A stretch of 64,000 nt of DNA, taken from a candidate division FCPU426 bacterium (GTDB lineage: Bacteria > Oederibacteriota > Muellerivitia > Muellerivitales > Muellerivitaceae). Below, piece by piece: positions 30,714 to 40,997 of the stretch. The stretch is taken from positions 960,001 to 1,024,000 of the forward strand of contig CAVRAL010000004.1 of assembly GCA_963719085.1 (NCBI GenBank), in the 5' to 3' direction. Position numbers and translations under genes: made by a program. Position 1 is the first letter of the stretch, and every line of letters begins with the position of its first letter. The notes under the pieces were generated by a model, which did no database searches, was not told the DNA's origin, and was given only the letters and a program-made list of their open reading frames with translations.

Positions 30714-32319
30714 GCGCCGCGGCTGTGGAAGCGGCTTGGCAGACAAAGAGTGTGGCGGAAAGCGGGGGTAGGTCCAGGTCGAATTGATTTTGATGAAGTT
30801 TATCCTGGCGGACGAGTCTCAAGTCCGGCGATTTCGCGTCAAATCCATAAGCCTGGTAGCTTTCGTAAATCCGGGCCCCGTCAATTTGAAACCGGCCGTG
30901 AATCGAGTCTTTTTGGTTTTTGTTCAATACCACAATCCAAAGTTTGTCAGGGGATTTTGAATCCACCGCCGCGTAAACCGAGGAGTGGATTATGTCTTCC
31001 GAACCGGCTGAGACGGCGGTGTCGCCAAAGGTTGACTTTTGTCCGTCGTAATTTCGGTAAAGTTTAAACGCCGCCTGGTTATAAGGCTTTAAATCCCCCC
31101 AATAACTCGCCAGGAAGATCTCGTATTTTCCGAAAATCCCCAAAACGTCCGCTTGGGCCAATCCGCCGGAAACATGATCACCCGCCCCATAGTCATACTC
31201 GCTGAACGAAAGTTTCGTGCCGGGATAATGCCGGTCGATTTTCGCTTTCAGCCAAGGGATCAGTTGGATCGGTTGGCCCTGGGTGGAATATTGGGTGATC
31301 CAGCTCTTTTCCACATAGCCCGGGTCCCAAAGGCTTCGGGGCGCCTGCAAACGCGCTTCCACGGATTCGGGGGAAATGTCGCCTAAGGTGATTCGCTTAC
31401 CGCCGCCCACCGCTTCCGGATACCAATGCAAGTCCAGCACGTGAAGCAGGCGCCGGCCATGCCGTTTTTCCAGTTCCTTCATTTGATCCAAATAGTAGTC
31501 CACATAGGTGGTGTAGGTTTTATTGAACCGCGCGCTATCGGGAGCGTCTTGAAGGGTTAAAAATTCCTGCCAGCCATACATCACCGGTCCCAGAATTTGG
31601 GCGGAAGGGTCGACCTTCAGGACCGCGCCGGCGAGCGCCTCTGTTTTTTCGACCATTTCCTGATAAGTGGGTTTGGCCGGATGCAGGCGCGGGTGGGTAG
31701 TGGGCCAAAGGGCCGGTTCGTTGTCCAGGTCATAAAACTGGACCCCGCCTTGGGAGGCGGGATGAAAATTCGCCACCAGGAAATTCACGAATTCATCGTC
31801 ATAAACGGTTTTAGCCTTCGGATCGGGTGAAAGGGTAAAGGGGGCGTTTTTTCGGGGATTCTCGGCTACCCAACGGCCGCTGGGCGCGGTTTGCGCCTCG
31901 GTCACATCTCCTAGTTTATCGGCGGCCACGAAACCCGCCATCGGCAGGGTGATAAGCGAGGCCATGCCTAAACTTTGGTTTTGATCCACGAAATGCCGGA
32001 CCGCGGCGCCGGGCTTATCGCAGTCGGTGTCCTTGAGGTGATCGGCGCAAAGCCAATCGTCGCTTTCCTGATGCCAGTCATTGCCGGCGTTGGAGGCGTT
32101 GGTCACCCAGTTATAGCCGGTCAGGCGGTTTCCCCCCAGCCGGCGAAGAGTGGCGTTCAAATCATCGGGATCCTGGTCGTTCAAGCCGTAAATATAAGGG
32201 CTGATGGGTCCGATCACCTCGGCGGGCATGATCAGAAAATGAATGTCGGCGGCGCGCGAGAAAGCGGGGAAGAAAACGCTTAAAAATAAGAGGGTGAGTG
32301 AGAGCCCGGCAAAATTCAC
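30676..32319 (-). CDS. Glycoside hydrolase family 44 (endoglucanase/xyloglucanase), no CTD
   Basis: ISPYIYG, RRLGGNRLTGYNW, LDNEPALW, LDLHWYP, FSEYDYG, QADVLGIFG. Confidence 0.9.
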   Translation of the reverse strand: MNFAGLSLTLLFLSVFFPAFSRAADIHFLIMPAEVIGPISPYIYGLNDQDPDDLNATLRRLGGNRLTGYNWVTNASNAGNDWHQESDDWLCADHLKDTDCDKPGAAVRHFVDQNQSLGMASLITLPMAGFVAADKLGDVTEAQTAPSGRWVAENPRKNAPFTLSPDPKAKTVYDDEFVNFLVANFHPASQGGVQFYDLDNEPALWPTTHPRLHPAKPTYQEMVEKTEALAGAVLKVDPSAQILGPVMYGWQEFLTLQDAPDSARFNKTYTTYVDYYLDQMKELEKRHGRRLLHVLDLHWYPEAVGGGKRITLGDISPESVEARLQAPRSLWDPGYVEKSWITQYSTQGQPIQLIPWLKAKIDRHYPGTKLSFSEYDYGAGDHVSGGLAQADVLGIFGKYEIFLASYWGDLKPYNQAAFKLYRNYDGQKSTFGDTAVSAGSEDIIHSSVYAAVDSKSPDKLWIVVLNKNQKDSIHGRFQIDGARIYESYQAYGFDAKSPDLRLVRQDKLHQNQFDLDLPPLSATLFVCQAASTAAALNPSAQPESGSK

Positions 32320-32344
32320 GCGTGGATCCTTTGGCCTAGGCGCC

Positions 32345-33661
32345 TCAATAATAGCTGTTGGCCCGGCGCTCGCCGACGATGTGATAATCCTTTTTTTCGA
32401 TAGCTTGAACCACCCGGGGCCTGTCGTGGTAAAGCGAAAACTGAGCGTAGTTTCGGCAAGCGTAAGAAATTTGAAAGACGAAAGCCGCGGCCAGATAAAC
32501 CCGGGTGAAAATTTTCCATTGGGGATTCGAGGAGAAGTGGTGATACACGTATAAAGAGTAAAGAAAAACCAGGGGGAAGTTGATGTAGTAAATATGCGAT
32601 AGCGGCCATTTCACCGTGAACCAAAAGCTGATCCAAACCATCAAAAGATTGGCTAAAAGCAACCAACGCAGAATGGGCCAGTCCTTGAGCTCCGTTTTTT
32701 TTCGGAACCAAAAAACTAAAAGAACAATGGCTTGAAGATAGCCCAGGATCCACAGAAAAGCCCCTGGAATCAGGGTAAAGAGAGAACCATCTAAAAATTG
32801 AATCCGCAGCTGGGTATTGATGCCCAAATAGCGGGGCATCTCGTAACAAGCCAGGGTCAGGTACCTGGCCAAGATGGTGAAAAACTGGATGAAGTTTCCA
32901 AAGTTAAAGGAAGAAGCGAAACCTGTGCCGCCGTGGCCCTGGGGTATGCCGAACTTTAAAAGCGTGGGAGCCATAAAGGCGAAGGCCGGAAGGGCGCCCA
33001 GCGCGGCGAAAACCACCCCAGGGATAACGGAGGAAGGTTTTTCTCGAAATTGAAGCAGCAGGGACAATCCTAAAAACCCGGTTAAATACATCCAGGACAT
33101 ATGAAATTGCATGACCCAAAAGATGGCGAAACCCATCAGCGCGTTGGCTTGCCAAGGGCGCAGAACGCCGATTTTGAAACCAGGCACGGTTTCAAAGAAG
33201 CCTATATAGAAAAGAATGCTTCCGAATAGGCACCAGGAAGGGTTGATGATGCTGGTGGACTCATGAAGGTTCCAGGGCAACACAACCAGGGAGGCGAAGA
33301 TGAACCAAGGGGAAAGATTCGGCACCTTTTTGGAGCAATACCAGGTAAAGAGGGCGATGGCGAAAAGGGATAATAGGTTTAAAAAGATATAAGGAGCTTC
33401 TGGAATGGGAAGCGCCCGTATGGGCAGGCTGATCAGAAGCCCTTCCAAGGCGCCGGGAATTTGGGTGGTGTAGCTGGTTTCGGAACCGTTCACATCGGGG
33501 CCGTAATAGGGCCAGGTATCGGTGGTATAGGTTTTCAACCCAATGAGATAGGTCTGGATTTCATCGGGGCTCCAAAAAGGCATGGTGAGTCCGAAACCCA
33601 GACGGAACAGATAGGCGGCCAGCAGAGCCAGGATGATTTTTTGGGTTTTAGAAAGCTTCAA
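32345..33661 (-). CDS. Polytopic membrane protein, probable GT-C fold glycosyltransferase
   Basis: About 11 TM segments, DE motif (SPDEIQTY) after TM1, QFH motif. Confidence 0.55.
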   Translation of the reverse strand: MKLSKTQKIILALLAAYLFRLGFGLTMPFWSPDEIQTYLIGLKTYTTDTWPYYGPDVNGSETSYTTQIPGALEGLLISLPIRALPIPEAPYIFLNLLSLFAIALFTWYCSKKVPNLSPWFIFASLVVLPWNLHESTSIINPSWCLFGSILFYIGFFETVPGFKIGVLRPWQANALMGFAIFWVMQFHMSWMYLTGFLGLSLLLQFREKPSSVIPGVVFAALGALPAFAFMAPTLLKFGIPQGHGGTGFASSFNFGNFIQFFTILARYLTLACYEMPRYLGINTQLRIQFLDGSLFTLIPGAFLWILGYLQAIVLLVFWFRKKTELKDWPILRWLLLANLLMVWISFWFTVKWPLSHIYYINFPLVFLYSLYVYHHFSSNPQWKIFTRVYLAAAFVFQISYACRNYAQFSLYHDRPRVVQAIEKKDYHIVGERRANSYY

Positions 33662-33852
33662 ATTTTGGGGCCTTTTTTATTAATGGAAACTCATGCGACC
33701 TGACAAAAAGCGTGAGCGAGCGACCAAAAGTTTAGCAGGTCGGGCGTTCGGGCAAAAGGGCGAATTTTCGGCCCCGGACCGGGCTCGGATGGGGCCTGAA
33801 GTGGTATAGTAAAGGCGTTTTCCCTTTCCCACGCCTCCGGAAGGAGCCGGAC

Positions 33853-36800
33853 TTGACCGTCTTCTTATTTTCCGAAATTGACCATCCCGCCCTTTTTGAA
33901 GAAAGGGAAGCCCCCGAGACCGAGAATCTTCTCGCGGCCCAATATTTTCTTTTAGAGGAAATTTTCCACTCCCACGGAGCCACTTGGCTCAAACGCACGC
34001 CCACGGGGGTCTTCGCTTCCTATACGGAAGGCAAGCCTGTGGACGCCGCGCTGGCGGCCCTCGGGGAGTTTCAAAAACGCCAATGGGGAAGCTGGGGACA
34101 GACCCCTTTAAAGATCGCCTTGCACGCGGGAAACGCCGATCAATGGGATCAGGATTATCTGGGCCCGGATGTTTTACATAACCGAAAACTTTTGGACGCG
34201 GCTTGGGGAGGCCAGATTCTTTTAACGCCGGCGCTTTTAGAAGCCGCGGCCCTTCCCCCCCAAGCCTCGGCGAAGGATCTGGGTGTCCACCTGCTCAAGG
34301 ACTTGGCCCGCCCCCAGTCGGTTTATCTTTTACAGCACCCGTCCCTGTCCGCGCGGGAGTTCCCTCCGCTCAAGTCTTTGGCCGCCTATCCCAATAACCT
34401 CACGTACCAATCCACGCCTTTCTTTGGCCGCGAGGAGGAAGCCAGGCAAATTGAGGAGACCATCCTAAAAGACCCCGGCCGGTTGGTCACGCTGGCGGGC
34501 CCGGGTGGTTTTGGAAAAACCAGGCTGGCGCTCCAGAGTGCGGCGGATTTGGTGGACCACTTTCCCAACGGCGCCTTCTTCATTCCCTTGGCGCCCTTGA
34601 GCTCGGACCAGTTCATCGTGGAAAAGATCGCCAGCATCCTCCAGTTCGCCTTTAACGGCTTGGACGACCCCAAACAACAGCTCTTCCAGTTTTTGAAAGA
34701 AAAAAACCTGCTTTTGGTCATGGACAACTTCGAGCACATCCTGGAAGGCGCCAGTTTGGTCGGGGAAATTTTGAAAGCGGCGCCTTTCATCCGTGTTTTA
34801 GTGACCACCCGCGAAAAGTTGAAACTTCCCCTGGAAAAGGTTTTGGAAATCCGGGGACTCCGTTACCCCGCGGGCGCGGACGCTCATTGGCAGGCCTATA
34901 GCGCGGTTCAATTGTTCCTTAAGAGTGTCCGCAAGCAGGACGAGAATTTTAAACTCAATCCCGGGGACAGCGCGGCCATCGTGCGCATCTGCCAGATTTT
35001 GGAAGGGATGCCCTTGGGGATCGAGCTGGCCTCCACCTGGATTAAGACGCTGCCCTTGTCCGAGATTTCTGAAAAAATACAAAGCAACCGGGAAACGGTG
35101 GCCTTGGTTATGCCGCACCTTCCCAGCCGCCACCAAAGCCTGCGGGCCGTATTCGAGTATTCCTGGGTTTTATTAAGCGAGGATCAACGGCGGGTGCTGC
35201 GGACCGCTTCCGTGTTTCGCGGCGGGTTTTCTTTGGACGCGGCCCGTCAAATCGCCGGGGCCAGTCCCGCCAGTTTGAAGCAGCTGGAAGACAAGTTTTT
35301 GGTCCGGCACAAACCCCATGATCGCTTTGAGCTCCACGAGCTTTTGAAGTATTACGCCAAAGAAAAGCTTTTTGACACCCCTTCGGAAAAGGAAAAGGTC
35401 CAGGCGGCCCATTGCGCTTATTTCGCCAAACTGCTCCGTCGTAAAGAAAAAAAACTGATGGGGTCGTCCCAGCGCAAGACCCTGGAGGAACTGTTGGAAG
35501 AGATAGATAACATCCGGGAAAGCTGGACTTGGGCCGTGGACCGGGGCCTGGAAAAGCACCTGATGGATATGATGGACAGCCTGTTCACCATCCTTGGCAC
35601 CAAGACCTGGCTGGTCGAGGGCCGGGAACTTTTTTCCCGGGCGGTGGAGGTCCTGCGTAAACGCGCCTCCCAGCGTTCCAAGGCGGCGGGCACTTGGCTC
35701 CTTTTGGGAAAACTTTTGGCCCGCTGGGCTTCTTTCGAGCATCAATTGGGCGACCTGAAAAAGGCCAAGACACTTTATGAGGAGAGTTTGAGATCCATTA
35801 AGCGATCCAAAAACCGCAAGGCTTTGGGTTTTACCTTGAGCGGTTTAGGTTTGGAAGTCGAGGGGTTGGGCGGATACCGGCAATCCTTGGATTATTACCG
35901 CAAGGCCTTGGCCATTTATCGCGCGGAAAAAGACAAGGCGGGTTTGGCTTGGGCTTTGAATAATTTGGGCCAGCTTTCGCGCCGGATGGGCGATCATCGC
36001 GGGGCTCTGCGCCTGTGCCGGGAAGCCCTGCGCTATTACGAGTCGGTGGAGGATCCCCAAGGCCTCGGCTGGTCGCATAATTTGATCGGAGACATTTTGC
36101 ATGAGCTGGGGGATTACGAGGAAGCCCGGCAGCATTACCAACGGGGGCTTTCGGTTTATGTGGAAAGCGGCGACCGCAAGGGGGTCGCCTGGTCTTTCAC
36201 CAATCTGGGCCGGGTGATTGAGGCCACCGGTGATTTCAACGGCGCCCGTCAAATGTTCCGGGAAGGAATGGCCCTCGATAAAGAATTTGGGGAGCGGCGG
36301 GCGATGGCTTGGGCCTCGCTTTTAATGGGCCAGACTTGCTGGGCCTTGGGGGATTACGAGGAAGCCCAGCGGCATTACGAGGAGGGCGCTCGGCTTTATC
36401 AGGAAACGGGAGACCCCCGGGGTTTGGCCTGGAGCATGGATCTGCAGGGAAACCTGGCGGTGGCCCTGAGGGACTTTGAGGGGGCGGATCAGTTTTATGA
36501 CAAGAGCCAGGCTCTTTTAAAAAAAGAGGGGCCCAACGCGCTCAACCACGGGTGGCATTGCTATCACAAGGGAACGGTGGATTTTTTCAGGGGGCGTATC
36601 GGGCCCGCGCGGAAGTGGTTCGAGAAGGGTTTGGTGTTTTTTAAGAAAGTGAACGATCCGCTCGGTCAAGTGACCAGCTTGACCCATTTGGGGGAAGCGG
36701 CCCTCGAGCAGGGCCAAGTGGCGCGGGCGGAAAAATTTTTCGCCCAGGCGCTTCAGCTGGCCCTGCCCATCCGGCTGATCCCGCACGTGGTCGACTTGTT

Positions 36801-37092
36801 GGTGGCTTTGGCGAAATTGCTCAAGGCCAAAAACGACGAGCGCAGCGCCTTGGTTTTTTTAGTCGCGGCCTTGAACCAGCCCACCTGCCGCCGTCAAACC
36901 AAGGACAAGATCGTTCAGTTCGCCACCAAGCTGGAGGCTCAGTTTTCCACCGATGAGGTCCAAGACGCGGTCCAACAAGCCAAAGCCGCCCGGGTGGAGG
37001 ATTTGGCTCAGGCCTGGTTGAACCGTCCCAAGGCGGGCGCCAAACCTAAACGCAAATCGAAGGCCAAGAAAACCAAAAAGAAACGCGCTTAA
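33853..37092 (+). CDS. Degenerate class III cyclase + STAND/NB-ARC-like ATPase + TPR protein
   Basis: IALHAG...YLGPDV...AWGGQILL, GPGGFGKTRL, LLVMDNFEH, GMPLGIELA, long TPR array. Confidence 0.85.
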   Translation: MTVFLFSEIDHPALFEEREAPETENLLAAQYFLLEEIFHSHGATWLKRTPTGVFASYTEGKPVDAALAALGEFQKRQWGSWGQTPLKIALHAGNADQWDQDYLGPDVLHNRKLLDAAWGGQILLTPALLEAAALPPQASAKDLGVHLLKDLARPQSVYLLQHPSLSAREFPPLKSLAAYPNNLTYQSTPFFGREEEARQIEETILKDPGRLVTLAGPGGFGKTRLALQSAADLVDHFPNGAFFIPLAPLSSDQFIVEKIASILQFAFNGLDDPKQQLFQFLKEKNLLLVMDNFEHILEGASLVGEILKAAPFIRVLVTTREKLKLPLEKVLEIRGLRYPAGADAHWQAYSAVQLFLKSVRKQDENFKLNPGDSAAIVRICQILEGMPLGIELASTWIKTLPLSEISEKIQSNRETVALVMPHLPSRHQSLRAVFEYSWVLLSEDQRRVLRTASVFRGGFSLDAARQIAGASPASLKQLEDKFLVRHKPHDRFELHELLKYYAKEKLFDTPSEKEKVQAAHCAYFAKLLRRKEKKLMGSSQRKTLEELLEEIDNIRESWTWAVDRGLEKHLMDMMDSLFTILGTKTWLVEGRELFSRAVEVLRKRASQRSKAAGTWLLLGKLLARWASFEHQLGDLKKAKTLYEESLRSIKRSKNRKALGFTLSGLGLEVEGLGGYRQSLDYYRKALAIYRAEKDKAGLAWALNNLGQLSRRMGDHRGALRLCREALRYYESVEDPQGLGWSHNLIGDILHELGDYEEARQHYQRGLSVYVESGDRKGVAWSFTNLGRVIEATGDFNGARQMFREGMALDKEFGERRAMAWASLLMGQTCWALGDYEEAQRHYEEGARLYQETGDPRGLAWSMDLQGNLAVALRDFEGADQFYDKSQALLKKEGPNALNHGWHCYHKGTVDFFRGRIGPARKWFEKGLVFFKKVNDPLGQVTSLTHLGEAALEQGQVARAEKFFAQALQLALPIRLIPHVVDLLVALAKLLKAKNDERSALVFLVAALNQPTCRRQTKDKIVQFATKLEAQFSTDEVQDAVQQAKAARVEDLAQAWLNRPKAGAKPKRKSKAKKTKKKRA

Positions 37093-37108
37093 AATCCCAG
37101 CAGGCCGC

Positions 37109-37816
37109 CTACCAGTTCAGTTGCTTTCCATCGTGATAAATAAAGGTTCCCGTTTGGGCCTGGGTCAAGGCTTTGACCGACTTGACGATCGGCGTGGCGG
37201 CTTCCAAAGGTTTCAGCGGCGCGTTGGGGCCGCCCATATCGGTCTGCACCCATCCCGGATCCAGCACGAAAGACGCGATGTGGAGGCGTTTTAAATCAAA
37301 GGCCATGGTCCGGCTGAGCATATTGAGCGCGGTTTTAGAGACGCCGTAGGCGTAAAACCCGCCCTCAGCTTTTCCGGCCAAAGAGGCCAAGCCGGAGGTG
37401 AAGTGCACCACGCGGGCGTTGGATGATTTTTTGAGCAAGGGCAAAAAAGCGCGGGTGGTGCGCAAGGGGCCCAGCACATTGATCTCAAAAGCTTCCCGGC
37501 ATTTGGCCAGGTCGACTTCTTCCAGGGGCGCGTCCGCCGGCGGGGGAGAGATGCCGGCGATATTCATCAGGATGTCGATTTGCGTTACCGCCTTGGACGT
37601 TTCTTGGGCGGCCCTTTCCACCGACGCGTCGGACGAGGCGTCGTAGGGAACCAGACTCAGCTTGTCCCCATACTGATCCTTCAACTTCTTTAATTCCCCC
37701 GTATGCGCGGCGTCGCGCACGCCGGCGATGACCCGGTCCCCTTCCTTCAAAGCCACTTGAGTCACGGCCAATCCTAATCCCCGGCTGGCTCCGGTCACGA
37801 AAAAAGTAAGGGACAT
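37109..37816 (-). CDS. SDR oxidoreductase (C-factor-like)
   Basis: VTGASRGLG, YGVSK, PGWVQTDMGG; ATG 37816 with RBS GAGG. Confidence 0.9.
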   Translation of the reverse strand: MSLTFFVTGASRGLGLAVTQVALKEGDRVIAGVRDAAHTGELKKLKDQYGDKLSLVPYDASSDASVERAAQETSKAVTQIDILMNIAGISPPPADAPLEEVDLAKCREAFEINVLGPLRTTRAFLPLLKKSSNARVVHFTSGLASLAGKAEGGFYAYGVSKTALNMLSRTMAFDLKRLHIASFVLDPGWVQTDMGGPNAPLKPLEAATPIVKSVKALTQAQTGTFIYHDGKQLNW

Positions 37817-38041
37817 GGTTTCCTCATTGAATTGATTTTTAAATCTTGAACCGCAAGAAGTGTAAAGCAGAGCCGGTCGGAATGGAAGCCGGCGGGTTGA
37901 AACGTGAAACCGAAAAAACTGAGCCGCTTCCGCCCCCAACCGCAAAAAGCTGGGGTAAACTGAGCTGGAGATCAGAGTTTATTCCAGCCAGTCCACGATC
38001 CTCGGCACTCCGCGGGGATTTTCTTTTTTGGGAGCCTAAGT

Positions 38042-40801
38042 TTGAAACGTTTTCTGAAAAAAATCGGAATGGTTCTGGCGCTGCTGGGCCTTCCTTGGAG
38101 CGCCTGGGCCGGCGCCAATTATGGACCGGGGAATTTTTCCTTTCCCCAAAACAAGGACAATCCTTACGGCATCCACGCCTCGGTTTATAACAACCAGGAT
38201 GTGATCGACGCCTATAACAAATGGTACGCCGATTGCGTTACCTCCACGGGCGCCGGAGGATTTCTTCGCCTGCAAAGGCCTAACGACTCCGGGCTTAATC
38301 TCAACTCCACCGTGTCGGAAGGCATTGGTTACGCCATGGTCATCGCCGTTTACATGAACGACGAAAACCTCTTCGATAACATTTGGAAATATGAGCAGCT
38401 GCATTTGGACGGCAATAAACTCATGAACTGGTACATCGACGCCAGCGGGGCGACCGATGGAACCGGCGGGGCGACGGACGCGGACGAGGATATGGCTTGG
38501 GCGCTTCTGATGGCCTCCCGCCAATGGGGCGGCAGCGGGACCCTCGGCGGCACTTACCTCAATTACGCCGTCAGCCAGATCAACAATATCTACGCCACCG
38601 AACTCAACAGCGGGATTCCGGACGGCGGAGACAGCTTCACCCCGATCAATCCCTCGTATTTCGCTCCGGCTTATTACCGTGAATTCGCCGCCGCCACGGG
38701 GCAAAGCGGCTGGTTGACGGTCGCGGCCAACTGTTACACCGTGCTCAATAATAATTTGGGGCAAGGCTACGGCAACGCCGCCAATGGCCTGGACTCCGCT
38801 TGGTGCACCAGCGCGGGCGTTTCCACCGCGACCAACGCCGCCCCCTATGACTATCAATATGATGCTTGCCGCACGCCTTTCCGCACTACGGAGGATTATC
38901 TGTGGTTTGGAACGGCCGCTTCGCAAAGCTACGCCACGCTGACCAGCAACTTTTTCTCGGGGGTAGGCGCTGTTTCCATCGTGGACGGTTATTACCTCAA
39001 CGGGACGCCGCACCCCCATTTGCCCACCCTGACGGTTTCCCAAAACCCCGGCACCCAGTCGGCGGCTTTTGTGGGTCCCGCGGGCGTGGGCGGCATGGTT
39101 TCCCACGCTTATCAGTCGTTTTTGGACAACGACTATCAGGATTTGGTGGGCTCCAAACTTTTGGTGGGGGGGACTTATTATGACGAATCCTGGACGGTCA
39201 TGTCGCTCTTGATGATGAGCGGCAATTTTCTGGACTACAATCTTTACACCACGCCCACTCCCACGCCGACCTTGACGGCTTATTCGCCGCTGACCATCCG
39301 GGTGGACGCCGGATCGGTGACCAACGTGGTCGACAGCGCGGGGGCCACTTGGTATGCCGACCAGCAGTTCGGCGGAGCCAACACCTGGGGCTATGACTCG
39401 ACCGACAAGGGAAGCACCTCGACCTACACCTCGGCCATTACCGGCGCGGCGGCGGGCCAGCAAGCGCTTTACCAAACCGAGCGCTGGGGTAATCCGCTCT
39501 ACCGGTTTACCGTGCCGAACGGCTATTACGTGGTCACGCTCAAGTTCGCCGAGAATTACGACGCCGATTCCCATGTGGGGGGGCGGGTCTTCAGCGTGGC
39601 GGCGGAAGGGACGCCCGTTATCACCAACTTGGATGTTTATAAAACGGTGGGAGAACACAAGGCTTATGACGTGCCCGTCACCGTGGTGGTCACCGATGGG
39701 GAATTGGATTTAGCTTTCAGCGCCACCGCCGATTCCTCCATCGTGGACGCTATCCAGGTATTGCGGGTGACTACGCCCCCGACCCCCACGGTGACAGCGA
39801 CCAAAACCATTACGCCCACCAATACGCCTACCATTGGCTCTCCCACCGCCACGATGACGGGAACCCCGCCCACGGCTACTCCGACCCCGACATTTACGTC
39901 GACCGCCTCACCTACGGTTTCGGCGTCGCCTACGGCCACGGCGACCCCGAGCCCGACCCTGACTTTCACCGTGACCCTCACGGCGACCATGACTAAAACC
40001 TTTACCTGGACCCCGACACTCACAGCAACTCCGTCCTCGACGAAGACGATGACCGCGACCTTGACCGCCACCAATTCTTTTACCCCCACGATCACCCGAA
40101 CCCCGACTTCTACGCCCTCGGTAACTTTGACGGCAACCGCGTCCGTAACCCCGACCATCACGATGACAAGAACTTCGACCCCAACCCCGACTTTGACACT
40201 GACGCCGACGATGTCCTTTACGTCGACCGCTTCAACGACTCCCACCCCGACGACGACGGTCTATCCCTCGGCCACCGCGACCTTGACCTTCACCCCGACC
40301 AAGACATTGTCCCCCACGCCGACCTTGACCCCTTCGCCGTCTCCCAGCGCCACGGTTTCACCGGTGCCGACCGCCAGCGCGACAAAAACCCCGACGGTCA
40401 CGCCAATGCCAAGCCCGACTTCAACTTGGACCGTTACCTTGACCGCGACTCTGGTCCCCACCGACACCCTGACGCCCACTCCGATCGCGACTTTGACTTT
40501 TACCGGCACTCCAGCCGCCCCGGTGGGAGTACCGGTGATTTATCCCAATCCCGCCAAAGGCGGTCAGGCCGTTTCGATCCAGCTTCCGGATTTTCCCGGG
40601 ACGGCCGTGATCGGGGTTAAGGTTTTCACGACGGCGTTTCGAAAAGTAAATCAGTTCAGCGCGATCAATCAAACCGGCGGAGCGAAACTATCGCTGCCTT
40701 TGAGTGACCAGGGGGGGACGCCCCTGGCGGATGGCCTTTACTATGTGATGGTGACTACGCCCAACGGACGGTCTATCGGCAAATTGTTGATTCTTCGTTG
40801 A
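38042..40801 (+). CDS. Secreted GH8 glucanase + malectin domain + Thr/Pro linker + T9SS-like CTD
   Basis: TVSEGIGYAM, ATDADEDMA, NPSYFAP, YDACR; malectin LYQTERWG/LKFAE; CTD YPNP...FTTAFRKV...GLYYV...KLLILR. Confidence 0.88.
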   Translation: MKRFLKKIGMVLALLGLPWSAWAGANYGPGNFSFPQNKDNPYGIHASVYNNQDVIDAYNKWYADCVTSTGAGGFLRLQRPNDSGLNLNSTVSEGIGYAMVIAVYMNDENLFDNIWKYEQLHLDGNKLMNWYIDASGATDGTGGATDADEDMAWALLMASRQWGGSGTLGGTYLNYAVSQINNIYATELNSGIPDGGDSFTPINPSYFAPAYYREFAAATGQSGWLTVAANCYTVLNNNLGQGYGNAANGLDSAWCTSAGVSTATNAAPYDYQYDACRTPFRTTEDYLWFGTAASQSYATLTSNFFSGVGAVSIVDGYYLNGTPHPHLPTLTVSQNPGTQSAAFVGPAGVGGMVSHAYQSFLDNDYQDLVGSKLLVGGTYYDESWTVMSLLMMSGNFLDYNLYTTPTPTPTLTAYSPLTIRVDAGSVTNVVDSAGATWYADQQFGGANTWGYDSTDKGSTSTYTSAITGAAAGQQALYQTERWGNPLYRFTVPNGYYVVTLKFAENYDADSHVGGRVFSVAAEGTPVITNLDVYKTVGEHKAYDVPVTVVVTDGELDLAFSATADSSIVDAIQVLRVTTPPTPTVTATKTITPTNTPTIGSPTATMTGTPPTATPTPTFTSTASPTVSASPTATATPSPTLTFTVTLTATMTKTFTWTPTLTATPSSTKTMTATLTATNSFTPTITRTPTSTPSVTLTATASVTPTITMTRTSTPTPTLTLTPTMSFTSTASTTPTPTTTVYPSATATLTFTPTKTLSPTPTLTPSPSPSATVSPVPTASATKTPTVTPMPSPTSTWTVTLTATLVPTDTLTPTPIATLTFTGTPAAPVGVPVIYPNPAKGGQAVSIQLPDFPGTAVIGVKVFTTAFRKVNQFSAINQTGGAKLSLPLSDQGGTPLADGLYYVMVTTPNGRSIGKLLILR

Positions 40802-40810
40802 GAAGATAAA

Positions 40811-40826
40811 CTTTATTAATTCTTTA
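40811..40826 (-). promoter_or_regulatory. TAAAG-N6-TAAAG direct repeat (putative OmpR-family box)
   Basis: CTTTAttaattCTTTA on +, 11-bp period, in the intergenic region upstream of GH74; AT-rich context, so it could be chance. Confidence 0.35.
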
Positions 40827-40997
40827 ATGGCAGTCAAAAATATCGATTTAACCGCTTCTTTTACCGATGAGAGCTGGATTGGGCTTTGCTTACCAGTGCC
40901 TGTATTTTTCAAGAGTTTTAAATTTAGGGTAAACTCTGCACTTGTCCTATTTGAGAAAAAACGTTTGCGAGACTTAAATCGTTTGAAGACGACCGGA

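Noticed and set aside
40827..40997. N-terminal extension of GH74 in the ORF track
   Set aside because: AT-rich promoter-like DNA; the signal peptide begins at ATG 40998
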